DNA from: an uncultured Acidobacteriota bacterium
GTDB taxonomy: Bacteria; Acidobacteriota; Thermoanaerobaculia; Multivoradales; UBA5704
DNA length: 64,000 bases
Direction of reading: 5' to 3'
Assembly (NCBI GenBank): GCA_963756455.1
Contig: CAVWNC010000003.1
Coordinates: 1,537,430-1,601,429 of the forward strand
Under the pieces are notes generated by a model, which was given only the letters and a program-made list of their open reading frames with translations, searched no databases and was not told the origin of the DNA. The first letter of the stretch is position 1. Each line of letters starts with the position of its first letter. Positions 1-11,997 of the stretch are shown here, in pieces. Position numbers and translations under genes: made by a program.

Positions 1-242
1 GACTTCCCAGCGTCCACATCGTCAATGCCCGGCTGGAGAAGGAGATCCCCTTGAAGCGCTGCGGGCTCACCCTCGGCGTGGACGTCTTCAATCTGTTCAA
101 CCGTGCCTACGTCCTACAGCGGCAGATCCGTCTGGGCGTCGGCGCGACCCCCGGCGACCCGACGTCCCTGGGCTCCGATTACGTCACCGAGGTGACCGCC
201 CCGCGCATCTTCCGCGTCGGCGTCCGCCTGAGCTTCCGCTAG
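1..242 (+). CDS. C-terminal fragment of an outer-membrane beta-barrel, TonB-dependent-receptor-like protein (5' end lies outside the window)
   Basis: The frame is open from position 3. The translation ...GVDVFNLFNRAYVLQ...RVGVRLSFR has the alternating hydrophobic C-terminal strands of TonB-dependent receptors and ends near an aromatic residue. Only the last ~80 codons are visible. Confidence 0.45.
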   Translation, partial: LPSVHIVNARLEKEIPLKRCGLTLGVDVFNLFNRAYVLQRQIRLGVGATPGDPTSLGSDYVTEVTAPRIFRVGVRLSFR

Positions 243-2908
243 ACCCTGAGCCGCACGGGCGGTGGCGCTTCCGACGTCTCCTGCGTATCCGGAGCGTCGG
301 GCGCCATCACCCCGGCGAGCGGCAGCCAGAGGATGAGCTCGCTTCCCTGGCCGCGCCCCGCGCTCGCCGCCTCCACCCGGCCGCCATGGAGCTCGACCAG
401 GCGGTGGACCATGGTGAGGCCGATCCCCAGCCCCGAGCTCCCGCGGTCGAGACCCTGCTCCCCCTGGGTGAAGAGGTCGAAGATCCGCGGCAGGAGCTCC
501 GGTGGAATCCCGGCTCCGGTGTCTTTGACCCGCACCACCGCCTCGCCGTCCACGGCCGCGGCGGAGATCGCGATGCGGCCGCCGGGCTCGGTGAACTTGG
601 CGGCATTGCGCAGCAGGTTGACGAGAACCTGCTCCAGACGGGTGAGGTCGGCGTCGAGCGGCAGCCGGTCCGCCGGCAAGGTGACGGAAAAGGCGATTCC
701 CTTCCCCTCGATCAGCGCCCGGTTGCTCTCGGTGGTCTGGCGTACCACCTCGGCGAGGTCGAGAGGCTCCCGCCGCAGCTCCACCTTGCCGCGGGTGATC
801 CGCGAGACGTCGAGCAGGTCGTCGACCATGCGCACCAGGTGCTGGACCTGGCGTTCGACGACCGCCACGGCACGCGAGGCCGGTGAATCCGCGGTGGTGG
901 CGGCCGTCAGATGGGCGAGGAGATGGGAGGCGTTGGAGATCGCGCCCAGAGGGTTGCGCAGCTCGTGTGCCAGCATGGCGAGGAACTCGTCTTTCCGGCG
1001 GTCGGCCTCCGCCAGAGCCTCGGCCCGTGCCAAGAGCTCCGCCGCCAGTCGCTCGCTCTCGGCGGTGCGCGCCACCAGGCGGTCGCGCAGTTCGCGGAAG
1101 GCAGCGGCTAGGCGGGCGACCTCGGAGATGGCGGAGGCCGGCACCGGGGCGTTGGAGTTGCCCGCGGTCAGCTGGTCCACGGCGTCGGCCAGGGTGCCCA
1201 AAGGATGGGCGATGCGCCGCCCGGTGACGATCCCGGCGAGCGCCGCGAGCCCGGCGCAGACCAGGAGCAGGACGAACGCCATGTCCCGCCCCCGGCGCAC
1301 CCCGGCGAGCGCGGCCGCCCGCGGCCGTTCGACCGCCACCGCCCAGCCGATCCGCGGTATCGACGCGAAGGCGGCGAGGCTCGCATCGGCCTGGAGCGGG
1401 CGCCCGGCGAGGACCGCCCCATCCCAGTGGAACGGCAGCGGCGGCACCGGCCGTTCCGCTTTGTCGAGGGTCGCGATGACCTGCCCACGACCATCCGCCA
1501 GGGTAACCCGGGAGCCCGGCCGATCGATCCGCCGGGAGAGCGGAGTGGTGTCGAAAGCGGTGAGCAGAATTCCGGCGAGGCGGCCGTCCGTACCCGGGAC
1601 CCCCGCGGTGAGCAGCAGGAGAGGGCGGCCCGAGAGGCGCGAGAAGCGAAGGACGAGAAGGGGCTCGGTCTGGCGCCGGATCTCGCTCGCCAACCGCCGC
1701 CAGGTTCTGCGGTCGAGCGGCAGGTCACCGGTCTGGGCGAGCGGTTCTCCCGTCAGGCTGGCGGCGGCGAAGGCGGTGACGTCCGGATAGAGCCCGCGGG
1801 TGCGTTCGAGGAACTGGGATTGCGGCCCGGCTTCCATGGGCACGCGCCCGGCGAGGGCGGCCACCGCGGACGTGCGGGCGATGTTGAAATCCAGATAGTC
1901 GGCGATGTTCTGGGCGATCGAGTCGGCCTCGACCTTCTGCATCTGGCGGACCTGGTCCGCGGCCAAGCGTTCCTCGGCGTCGGTGACGACCGCCACGGCG
2001 AGAATCAGGGTGACCGAGGTGGCCAGGGCGAGCGCCAGGGAGAGCCGGGTGCGCAAGGCGGCCGAGTCGACCTCGGCGAGGAGCGGACGAAGCCAGGGGA
2101 GGAGGGTGACGACGAGGCCCAGGCCACAGTAGATGCCGATCCCCGTCCAGGCCCGGCCGGGGAGGGCCACGAGGAGGCCGAAGGAGAGGAGCGAGAGGCC
2201 ACCCAGGAGATGGGAGATCGCCTTCGCCCGTCGCGAGAGCGGCCGGAGCTGGGCGCGGACGAGGAGCGGACCGGTGACGAGCCAGATCCCACCGAAGTAG
2301 GGGATGAGCATGCGCTGCTGCTGGTAGGACCCCTGGTAGGACCCAAAGCCCGGAGCGCCCTTGACCAGGACGGAGAGGCCGGCCAGGGTGGCGCCGATCC
2401 CCAGGAGCAGGGCGAGGACATCACCCGAGAGGAGCGCAGGGGCCCGGGCGCGGCGGGTACCCGGCCGCTCCCAGGCGAAGGGAGTCCCGACGCCCAGGCT
2501 CAGGTAGAAGAAGAAACCGGTCCACCCTCCCGCCCGGGCGAAACCGAGCGCGAGCCCGAGGAGCGCCATCCCGACGATTCCCTGGATCACCGCCGTGGCG
2601 GCCGGACCAGGCCGGGTGACCGGTACGGAGAGGAGGGCGATTCCGGCGGCGAGCCCGAGGAGGCCCCAGACGGGGAGGTAGGAGAGAAGAAAGGCGTAGG
2701 GTGGGCTCTCGAACTGGTGCGGTGCCACCAGCATGAAGGCCCCGATCCCGGCGCAGAGAAGCCCCAGGCTCCACTGCAGAGTGTCGACCGAAAGTCCGGC
2801 GAAGACCGTCTGGAGGTCGCGCCGAGCCGGATTTTCCACCTTGGATGGATGGGACAACATGTCTCGTGGCCGACCTTCCTCGCCCACTCCCGGGCCCGTG
2901 CGGAGCAA
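239..2908 (-). CDS. Membrane-bound sensor histidine kinase with a large polytopic N-terminal domain
   Basis: An H-box HELRNPLGAIS precedes the HATPase motifs (DTGAGIPPELLPRIFDLF, GLGIGLTMV). The N-terminal ~300 aa has multiple hydrophobic helices. No cognate response regulator is adjacent. Confidence 0.85.
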   Translation of the reverse strand: MLRTGPGVGEEGRPRDMLSHPSKVENPARRDLQTVFAGLSVDTLQWSLGLLCAGIGAFMLVAPHQFESPPYAFLLSYLPVWGLLGLAAGIALLSVPVTRPGPAATAVIQGIVGMALLGLALGFARAGGWTGFFFYLSLGVGTPFAWERPGTRRARAPALLSGDVLALLLGIGATLAGLSVLVKGAPGFGSYQGSYQQQRMLIPYFGGIWLVTGPLLVRAQLRPLSRRAKAISHLLGGLSLLSFGLLVALPGRAWTGIGIYCGLGLVVTLLPWLRPLLAEVDSAALRTRLSLALALATSVTLILAVAVVTDAEERLAADQVRQMQKVEADSIAQNIADYLDFNIARTSAVAALAGRVPMEAGPQSQFLERTRGLYPDVTAFAAASLTGEPLAQTGDLPLDRRTWRRLASEIRRQTEPLLVLRFSRLSGRPLLLLTAGVPGTDGRLAGILLTAFDTTPLSRRIDRPGSRVTLADGRGQVIATLDKAERPVPPLPFHWDGAVLAGRPLQADASLAAFASIPRIGWAVAVERPRAAALAGVRRGRDMAFVLLLVCAGLAALAGIVTGRRIAHPLGTLADAVDQLTAGNSNAPVPASAISEVARLAAAFRELRDRLVARTAESERLAAELLARAEALAEADRRKDEFLAMLAHELRNPLGAISNASHLLAHLTAATTADSPASRAVAVVERQVQHLVRMVDDLLDVSRITRGKVELRREPLDLAEVVRQTTESNRALIEGKGIAFSVTLPADRLPLDADLTRLEQVLVNLLRNAAKFTEPGGRIAISAAAVDGEAVVRVKDTGAGIPPELLPRIFDLFTQGEQGLDRGSSGLGIGLTMVHRLVELHGGRVEAASAGRGQGSELILWLPLAGVMAPDAPDTQETSEAPPPVRLRV

Positions 2909-3014
2909 GGATACCGGAAGTCGGGTGCCACCGTCCCCGCAGGCCTTGTGTTAACGTCCGGCGGTCGCTCTTTTCCCGCTACCGGACGCTTTTGGACGCT
3001 TTCGGAGATAGCCC

Positions 3015-5282
3015 ATGCGCCTCATCCGTATCCTGCCGATCTTCGTCTCCCTTTCCCTTGCCGGCATCGCCACCGCCGCCCCGGTCGCCGATCCCCCGCT
3101 CCTCGGCTTCAGCGCCGCCCGAGCCGGGGAGGAGCGGGCTCTCGAGTCCCGCTTCGCCGCCGCCGTCGAGCGCAACGACCTCAAGCCGTGGATGCAGCGC
3201 CTGTCCGCCCGCCCCCATCCGGTGGGCTCGGCCTATGGCGGGGACAATGCGCAGTTCCTGGCCGGCCTCTTCCGCTCCTGGGGCTACGACACCCGGATCG
3301 AAGAGTTCCGGGTCCTCTTCCCCACCCCGAAGACTCGGCTCGTCGAGCTTCTGGCCCCTACCCATTTCACCGCCAAGCTGGCCGAGCCGCCCGTCGCCGG
3401 AGACCCGACCTCCAGTCAGACCGCCGAGCAGCTGCCGACCTACAACGCCTACTCGATCGATGGGGACGTCACCGGCGACCTCGTCTACGTCAACTACGGC
3501 GTTCCCAAGGACTACGAAGAGTTGGAGAAGCGGGGGATCGACGTCAAGGGCAAGATCGTACTCTCCCGCTACGGCGGCTCCTGGCGCGGGATCAAACCCA
3601 AGGTCGCCGCCGAGCACGGGGCGATCGGCTGCATCATCTACTCCGATCCGCACGACGATGGCTACTTCGAGGGCGACGTCTACCCCAAGGGGGCCTATCG
3701 GAACGAGAACGGGGTGCAGCGCGGCTCGGTCGCCGACATGCCGCTCTATCCCGGCGACCCGCTCACTCCCGGGGTCGGCGCCACGGCCGACGCCAAGCGC
3801 CTGGACCGCAAGGACGCGGCGACCCTCACCAAGATCCCCGTCCTCCCCATCTCCTACGGCGACGCCAAGCCGCTCCTCGCCGCTCTCGGCGGACCGGTGG
3901 CGCCCGATGCCTGGCGTGGCGCTCTCCCCCTGACCTACCACCTCGGACCCGGCCCCGCTCGCGTCCACGTCAAGCTCGAATTCAACTGGAACCTGGTGCC
4001 GGCGCGCGACGTCATCGCGACGCTCCCGGGGAGCGAGCGGCCGGACGAGTGGGTGGTGCGCGGCAACCATCATGACGGATGGGTGAATGGCGCCGACGAT
4101 CCGATCTCCGGCCTGGTCGCTCTCCTCGCAGAGGCCAAGGCCGTGGGCACCCTGGCGAAAAGCGGCTGGAAGCCGAAGCGGACGATCGTTTACGCCGCCT
4201 GGGACGGGGAGGAGCCCGGCCTCCTCGGCTCGACCGAGTGGGCGGAGACCCACGACGCCGAGCTGCAGAAAAAGGCGGTCCTCTACATCAATACCGATTC
4301 GAACAGCCGCGGCTTCTTCGGCGTCGGCGGCTCTCACATCCTGGAGCGCTTCATCAACCAGGTGGCGAGAGACGTCAAGGATCCCGAGCGCGGGATGAGC
4401 GTCCTCGAGCGCCGGAGGGCCGTCGAGCTGGTCAACGGCCCCGCCAACGAGAAGCAGGAGCTGCGGAGTCGGACCGACCTCCACATCCCCGCCCTCGGCT
4501 CGGGCTCCGATTTCACCCCGTTCCTCCAGCACCTGGGCATCCCGTCGCTCAACCTGGGCTACGGCGGCGAGGCCGGCGGCGGCTCCTACCATTCGGTCTA
4601 TGACTCCTTCACCCACTACACCCGCTTCATGGATCCGACCTTCCAGTACGGGGCGACCATGGCCGAAACCGGGGGCCGCGCCGTCCTGCGCTTCGCCAAC
4701 GCCGACGTCCTCCCCTACGAGTTCACCAGCCTGGCCGAGACCGTGGGAACCTACGTGAAGGAGGTGGAGGAGCTCTCCAACACCCTCCGGAAGGACACCG
4801 CCGAAACCAATCGGCAGATCGAGGACGGCCTCCTCCTCGCCGCCGCCGATCCCACCGAGACCTATGTGATCCCGAAGCCGAAGGACCCGGTTCCGCATCT
4901 CAACTTCGCTCCCCTGGACAACGCGCTCGCCACTCTGGATCTGAGCGCCCGGGCCTACGACAAGGCCGCGGCCGCGACCGAGAAGGGTCTTCCCGAGGCC
5001 ACCCAGAAAGATCTGGACACCGCTCTCATGGGCGTCGAACGGGCCCTCCTCCACAACGAAGGGCTCCCCCGCCGCCCCTGGTTCCGTCACGAGATCTACG
5101 CCCCGGGCTTCTACACGGGCTATGGGGTGAAGACTCTGCCTGGGGTGCGCGAGGCCCTGGAGCAGCGCAACTGGAACGAGGCGACCGAGCAGGTGACGGT
5201 CGTCGCGAAGACGCTCGAAGCCGCTGCCGCGGCGATCGACAAGGCGACCGCGGTGCTGAAGGCGGGAATCGCCAAGAGCTGA
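3015..5282 (+). CDS. Secreted M28-family peptidase with PA domain (glutamate carboxypeptidase II / transferrin-receptor-like)
   Basis: There is a signal peptide. The PA-domain region, the M28 Zn-ligand regions and a C-terminal TfR-like dimerisation region resemble the PSMA/NAALADase family. Confidence 0.8.
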   Translation: MRLIRILPIFVSLSLAGIATAAPVADPPLLGFSAARAGEERALESRFAAAVERNDLKPWMQRLSARPHPVGSAYGGDNAQFLAGLFRSWGYDTRIEEFRVLFPTPKTRLVELLAPTHFTAKLAEPPVAGDPTSSQTAEQLPTYNAYSIDGDVTGDLVYVNYGVPKDYEELEKRGIDVKGKIVLSRYGGSWRGIKPKVAAEHGAIGCIIYSDPHDDGYFEGDVYPKGAYRNENGVQRGSVADMPLYPGDPLTPGVGATADAKRLDRKDAATLTKIPVLPISYGDAKPLLAALGGPVAPDAWRGALPLTYHLGPGPARVHVKLEFNWNLVPARDVIATLPGSERPDEWVVRGNHHDGWVNGADDPISGLVALLAEAKAVGTLAKSGWKPKRTIVYAAWDGEEPGLLGSTEWAETHDAELQKKAVLYINTDSNSRGFFGVGGSHILERFINQVARDVKDPERGMSVLERRRAVELVNGPANEKQELRSRTDLHIPALGSGSDFTPFLQHLGIPSLNLGYGGEAGGGSYHSVYDSFTHYTRFMDPTFQYGATMAETGGRAVLRFANADVLPYEFTSLAETVGTYVKEVEELSNTLRKDTAETNRQIEDGLLLAAADPTETYVIPKPKDPVPHLNFAPLDNALATLDLSARAYDKAAAATEKGLPEATQKDLDTALMGVERALLHNEGLPRRPWFRHEIYAPGFYTGYGVKTLPGVREALEQRNWNEATEQVTVVAKTLEAAAAAIDKATAVLKAGIAKS

Positions 5283-5318
5283 GAGTGGATCACCCGGTGG
5301 CTGAATGTCGGCCACCGG

Positions 5319-8756
<3,438 letters not shown>

Positions 8757-8864
8757 GGGTGCGGCGAGCGAGGGGGCTTTTTACGAGAGCGACTTTTCCT
8801 GGGAGCGCTTATAGCTCCCAGGAAACCGTTTCCAAATTCAATCCATACATCCACGGGTCGAGCC

Positions 8865-9032
8865 CTATTTCGTCCCCAGCGGCTTAGCGTTGATGACCGC
8901 GAGAGTGTCCGGGCAACAGATCTGGGAGGAAGGCGGCTCAGCAACCCCTCCCATCAGCCCGCCGAAGGCTCCATCCAAGCGCTGGATCGTTTCGCGGTGA
9001 AGGACGAGGCGGTTTGGCTGCATCTTTTTCAT
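8865..9032 (-). CDS. Small precursor-like peptide (55 aa) with a double-glycine-type leader and a Cys/Ser/Thr-containing core; candidate RiPP precursor 2
   Basis: Hand translation gives MKKMQPNRLVLHRETIQRLDGAFGGLMGG|VAEPPSSQICCPDTLAVINAKPLGTK. The RBS GAAAGGAAG sits 5 nt before the ATG. It is a paralogue of the upstream 52-aa peptide and is absent from the ORF track because it falls below the length cutoff. Confidence 0.55.
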   Translation of the reverse strand: MKKMQPNRLVLHRETIQRLDGAFGGLMGGVAEPPSSQICCPDTLAVINAKPLGTK

Positions 9033-9086
9033 TGTTTCTTCCTTTCGTCGAGCGGCGGCTTGCGGTCAGGCTTGGAGGTCCGACGG

Positions 9087-9245
9087 CTACCCGCCCGTGG
9101 TGTTGGGGTCCGTGCAAACCGGGCAGATGGTGCACTGCGTGGAGGGCGGGTCTTCCCCTCCTGCCAGCCCGCGGAGGGCCGGCTCGTCGAGACGCCGTAG
9201 CGTCTCCCGGTGAAGGGTGAGTCGTGGTAATTCTCGCTTCTTCAT
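9087..9245 (-). CDS. Small precursor-like peptide (52 aa) with a double-glycine-type leader and a Cys/Thr-rich core; candidate RiPP precursor 1
   Basis: It reads MKKRELPRLTLHRETLRRLDEPALRGLAGG|EDPPSTQCTICPVCTDPNTTGG. A strong RBS AAGGAGAG lies 5 nt upstream. The ATG overlaps the TGA of the sigma-54 activator gene (ATGA). Leader hydrophobics at -4/-7/-12/-15 relative to the GG fit the bacteriocin double-glycine leader pattern. Confidence 0.6.
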   Translation of the reverse strand: MKKRELPRLTLHRETLRRLDEPALRGLAGGEDPPSTQCTICPVCTDPNTTGG

Positions 9246-10930
9246 GCGATCTCTCCTTTGCGGCTTGGATGAGCCTCTAATATTCCAGGTGCGCGCTCGG
9301 AGGTTTTCGTTGCCAAGATAAAACTTGTGGCCTCGGGGCCGATCTCCGCCAGCAGATCCTCCGCCACCCGGCTTTTGACCGTCCGCCGGTCGAGCCCCAG
9401 CCGGCGGCCGGCCTCCTCGTAGCTGCCGACCCGCGCGTAGACCAAGGTGCAGTAGCGGCGTAGAACCTCCTCGGCCGAGAGCTCCCCGGAGAGGATCTCG
9501 GCTGCCAGCCGCGCGCGGGCTCCTCCCTGCTCTCCCGGAGCTTCCAGCGGTCTCGCCGGCCGGTATTCGCCGCGGATGAGGACGTTGTGGACACACTGGG
9601 CGAGCTCGCGGACGTTGCCCGGCCAGGGGTAGTCCGGTCCCAGGTGACGGTCGATCCAGCCCTCCACCTCCCGCGCTACCTCCGTAGCCAGCTCCTCCAG
9701 TCCCTCCCCCAGGGCGCGCTGGGAGAGGAAGAGAACCAGGTTGGCGCGCTCCTCGGGCGCCGCGGCGATCCGCTCGTGGAGGGTGGGGGTGACCAGGAGG
9801 TCGGAGCAGAGCCGGTAGTAGAGGTCGGCGCGGAAGCGGCCGGCCTGCATCTCGCGAGAGAGGTCGCGGTTGGTCGCCGCCACCACCTTGCCCTCGAAGG
9901 AGCGGAACCGGGTCTCTCCCAGGCGCTCGAAGCTGCGGGTCTCCAATACCCGGAGGAGCTTCACCTGGATGGCGAGATCCGTCTCGCCGATCTCGTCCAG
10001 AAAGACGGTGCCGAGCGGCGGGCAGACCTCCAGCCAGCCGACGCGGTCCGCCACCGCGCCGGTGAAAGCGCCGCGCCGGTGGCCGAAGAGCTCCGACTCG
10101 ATCAAGGTTGGCGACAGAGCCGAAAGATTCAGGGGGTAGAAGGAAGTGGCCCAACTCTCCCGGAACTTGAGCGTCGCCGGGTCGAAGGGGAGGTAGCGCG
10201 AGTGACCGATGGCCCGTGCCACCAGCTCCTTGCCCGTCCCCGAGGGGCCGCTGACGAGGGTGGTCCAGTCTCCCATGTTGCGGTAGAGAGCTCGCAGGTA
10301 CCGCTTCAGATCGTGGGTGAAGATCGACTGCCAGACCTGGGCTCGGAGGCGGGCCGCGGGTGGCGAGCCGCCGACGATCGAGTGGAAGGTGAAGTGGAAG
10401 GCGCGGCGGATCTGGAAGCAGCAGGCAAAGAGGTGGGCCGAATCCGTAGGGCTCTTCCTGAGCTTCGGCAGAGCGAGGAAATAGTCGAGGTCGGCCACGA
10501 AGTCGCGGTAGAAGCCGAAGGAAGGGTGGCCGCCGGCCTGAGCCTCGATTGCCGCCAGGAAGCGGTCTTCGTTTCGACTGTAGAGCAGGTAGAGGACGAG
10601 GTCGCGGTAGAGATCGAGCTCGAGATCGGCGGGGTCGGGCGCGGGGTCGGTCACCCCGGAGCTCGGGGTCAGGCGGGAGCGCAGGATGGAGGCGAGCTCT
10701 TCGGCCCGTGCCCGGATGCGGGGAACGTTGGGGTTGTCCCGGGACGGGTCGACTTGGGCGTGCCAGACGACGTCGAACGGGGTGAAGGCCTCACCCAGGG
10801 CCTGGCGTTCGAGCGTCAGGCGCTCGGGGGTGAACGGATTGCAGTAGACGAGTCGGGAGATCGCCTCCACCACCTCCCGCTCCGCTTCTTTGAGGAGCGG
10901 CTCTCCGCCGGACCGATGTTTCTGTGGCAT
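9242..10930 (-). CDS. Sigma-54-dependent transcriptional activator (bacterial enhancer-binding protein) with a non-receiver N-terminal domain
   Basis: The AAA+ sigma-54 interaction domain has Walker A GPSGTGKE, GAFTGA (ESELFGHRRGAFTGA), FLDEIGE and an R-finger region. A C-terminal HTH (GLDRRTVKSRV) is followed by an unusual ~40-aa tail. Confidence 0.9.
   Translation of the reverse strand: MPQKHRSGGEPLLKEAEREVVEAISRLVYCNPFTPERLTLERQALGEAFTPFDVVWHAQVDPSRDNPNVPRIRARAEELASILRSRLTPSSGVTDPAPDPADLELDLYRDLVLYLLYSRNEDRFLAAIEAQAGGHPSFGFYRDFVADLDYFLALPKLRKSPTDSAHLFACCFQIRRAFHFTFHSIVGGSPPAARLRAQVWQSIFTHDLKRYLRALYRNMGDWTTLVSGPSGTGKELVARAIGHSRYLPFDPATLKFRESWATSFYPLNLSALSPTLIESELFGHRRGAFTGAVADRVGWLEVCPPLGTVFLDEIGETDLAIQVKLLRVLETRSFERLGETRFRSFEGKVVAATNRDLSREMQAGRFRADLYYRLCSDLLVTPTLHERIAAAPEERANLVLFLSQRALGEGLEELATEVAREVEGWIDRHLGPDYPWPGNVRELAQCVHNVLIRGEYRPARPLEAPGEQGGARARLAAEILSGELSAEEVLRRYCTLVYARVGSYEEAGRRLGLDRRTVKSRVAEDLLAEIGPEATSFILATKTSERAPGILEAHPSRKGEIA
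9351..9366 (-). promoter_or_regulatory. Candidate sigma-54 (-24/-12) promoter TGGCGG-N5-CTGCT inside the 3' end of the activator gene, ~95 nt upstream of precursor 1
   Basis: The minus-strand sequence TGGCGGAGGATCTGCT has GG and GC at the canonical 10-nt spacing and matches TGGC...TGCT. This rests on sequence inspection only. A weaker alternative is CTGGAATATTAGAGGCT at 9272..9290. Confidence 0.25.
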
Positions 10931-11111
10931 CGCTGGTGCTCCGTCTGGACATTCCGTGCAGAGCCACTATACATCCTATGTCCAGTTGCGACTTCCAATT
11001 TTCGCCTTCCTCACCTCCTCCTCTCGCCTAAGCCCTTCTCTGGCCAGAGTTTGATCTCGGCTCCCCGAATTGGCACGCCCATGGCTCTTCTCCGCGGCAA
11101 GAAGAACCTCC

Positions 11112-11705
11112 ATGCCCCCCAAGCTTCCTCACCTTTTGTTCCTCGCCGTCGGTCTCGTTGGTGGCGTCGCCTTCGCCGGCTGTAGCACCTCGCTACGGCC
11201 GCGGCCCTTGACCGCGGCCCAGTCGTCCCTCGTCGACCGGGCGGGGAGTCTCGGCGTCGTCGCCGTCGTGGACGACCCCTGCGCCCGGCCCGGCAGGCTC
11301 GCCCCCTTGCTCGAACGCACCGGGCTGTTTCGTGCCGTCGTCCCGTCCGGCTCGGGCGGACCCGCTCCGGACTATGTCGCGACGATCCGGGGACACTGCG
11401 GCCTCGGCAATGACCCTTCGCTCGCCATGCTGCTTCCCTTCGTCACGTTAGGAATCGTGCCCGAGTTCCACTGGAGAGGGCTGGGTGTCTCTTTCACGCT
11501 CCGCGATCTGGCGACCGGTCAGGAGGCGGTGGTCCCCTGCGAAATCGGCTCGCTCACCGGCACCGGCTGGATTCCCGGATTGATGAACGTCCTCCCCGGC
11601 TGGAGCAGCGGAGACGTGGAGAAGACACGGAGCTTCGGCCGCCGGCTGGCGTACGGGATCGTCTCGCGGCTTCAGCCTCCGCCGCCTCCGCAACGCTCGG
11701 AGTGA
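11112..11705 (+). CDS. Hypothetical lipoprotein
   Basis: A signal peptide with lipobox-like VAFAGC follows MPPKLPHLLFLAVGLVGG. No recognisable domain. The start was chosen at the internal Met. Confidence 0.45.
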   Translation: MPPKLPHLLFLAVGLVGGVAFAGCSTSLRPRPLTAAQSSLVDRAGSLGVVAVVDDPCARPGRLAPLLERTGLFRAVVPSGSGGPAPDYVATIRGHCGLGNDPSLAMLLPFVTLGIVPEFHWRGLGVSFTLRDLATGQEAVVPCEIGSLTGTGWIPGLMNVLPGWSSGDVEKTRSFGRRLAYGIVSRLQPPPPPQRSE

Positions 11706-11739
11706 TCCTCAAAGCCGCGGACCGCCGTATCCTCTCCAT

Positions 11740-11991
11740 ATGGATATGGATACGGCGATCGACCTCCCCCGCGTCACCCCCATCGGCATCCTGGAGCAGC
11801 CGGAGGGTTATGCCGCCACCCCGCGCCGCTTCTCCCGCGGCATGCGCGCGCTCGCCCTGGCGCTCCTGGTCGCCTTCGCCGCGGTGACGGTGGCGACCAC
11901 GGTGGCCAGTCTGGGCGTCTACTGTCTGACGACTGAGCCGGGAGATGTCCGCTCCCTCCCGGCCCATCCCGTTTCCACCGCTCCTCGATGA
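11740..11991 (+). CDS. Small hypothetical membrane protein
   Basis: An 83-aa ORF with one hydrophobic helix (ALALALLVAFAAVTVATTVASLGVY). Support is weak. Confidence 0.3.
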   Translation: MDMDTAIDLPRVTPIGILEQPEGYAATPRRFSRGMRALALALLVAFAAVTVATTVASLGVYCLTTEPGDVRSLPAHPVSTAPR

Positions 11992-11997
11992 CCGTCG

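Noticed and set aside
9087-10154. 355-aa minus-strand ORF
   Set aside because: Only its last 52 codons (precursor 1) are meaningful. The rest is an alternate frame of the sigma-54 activator gene.
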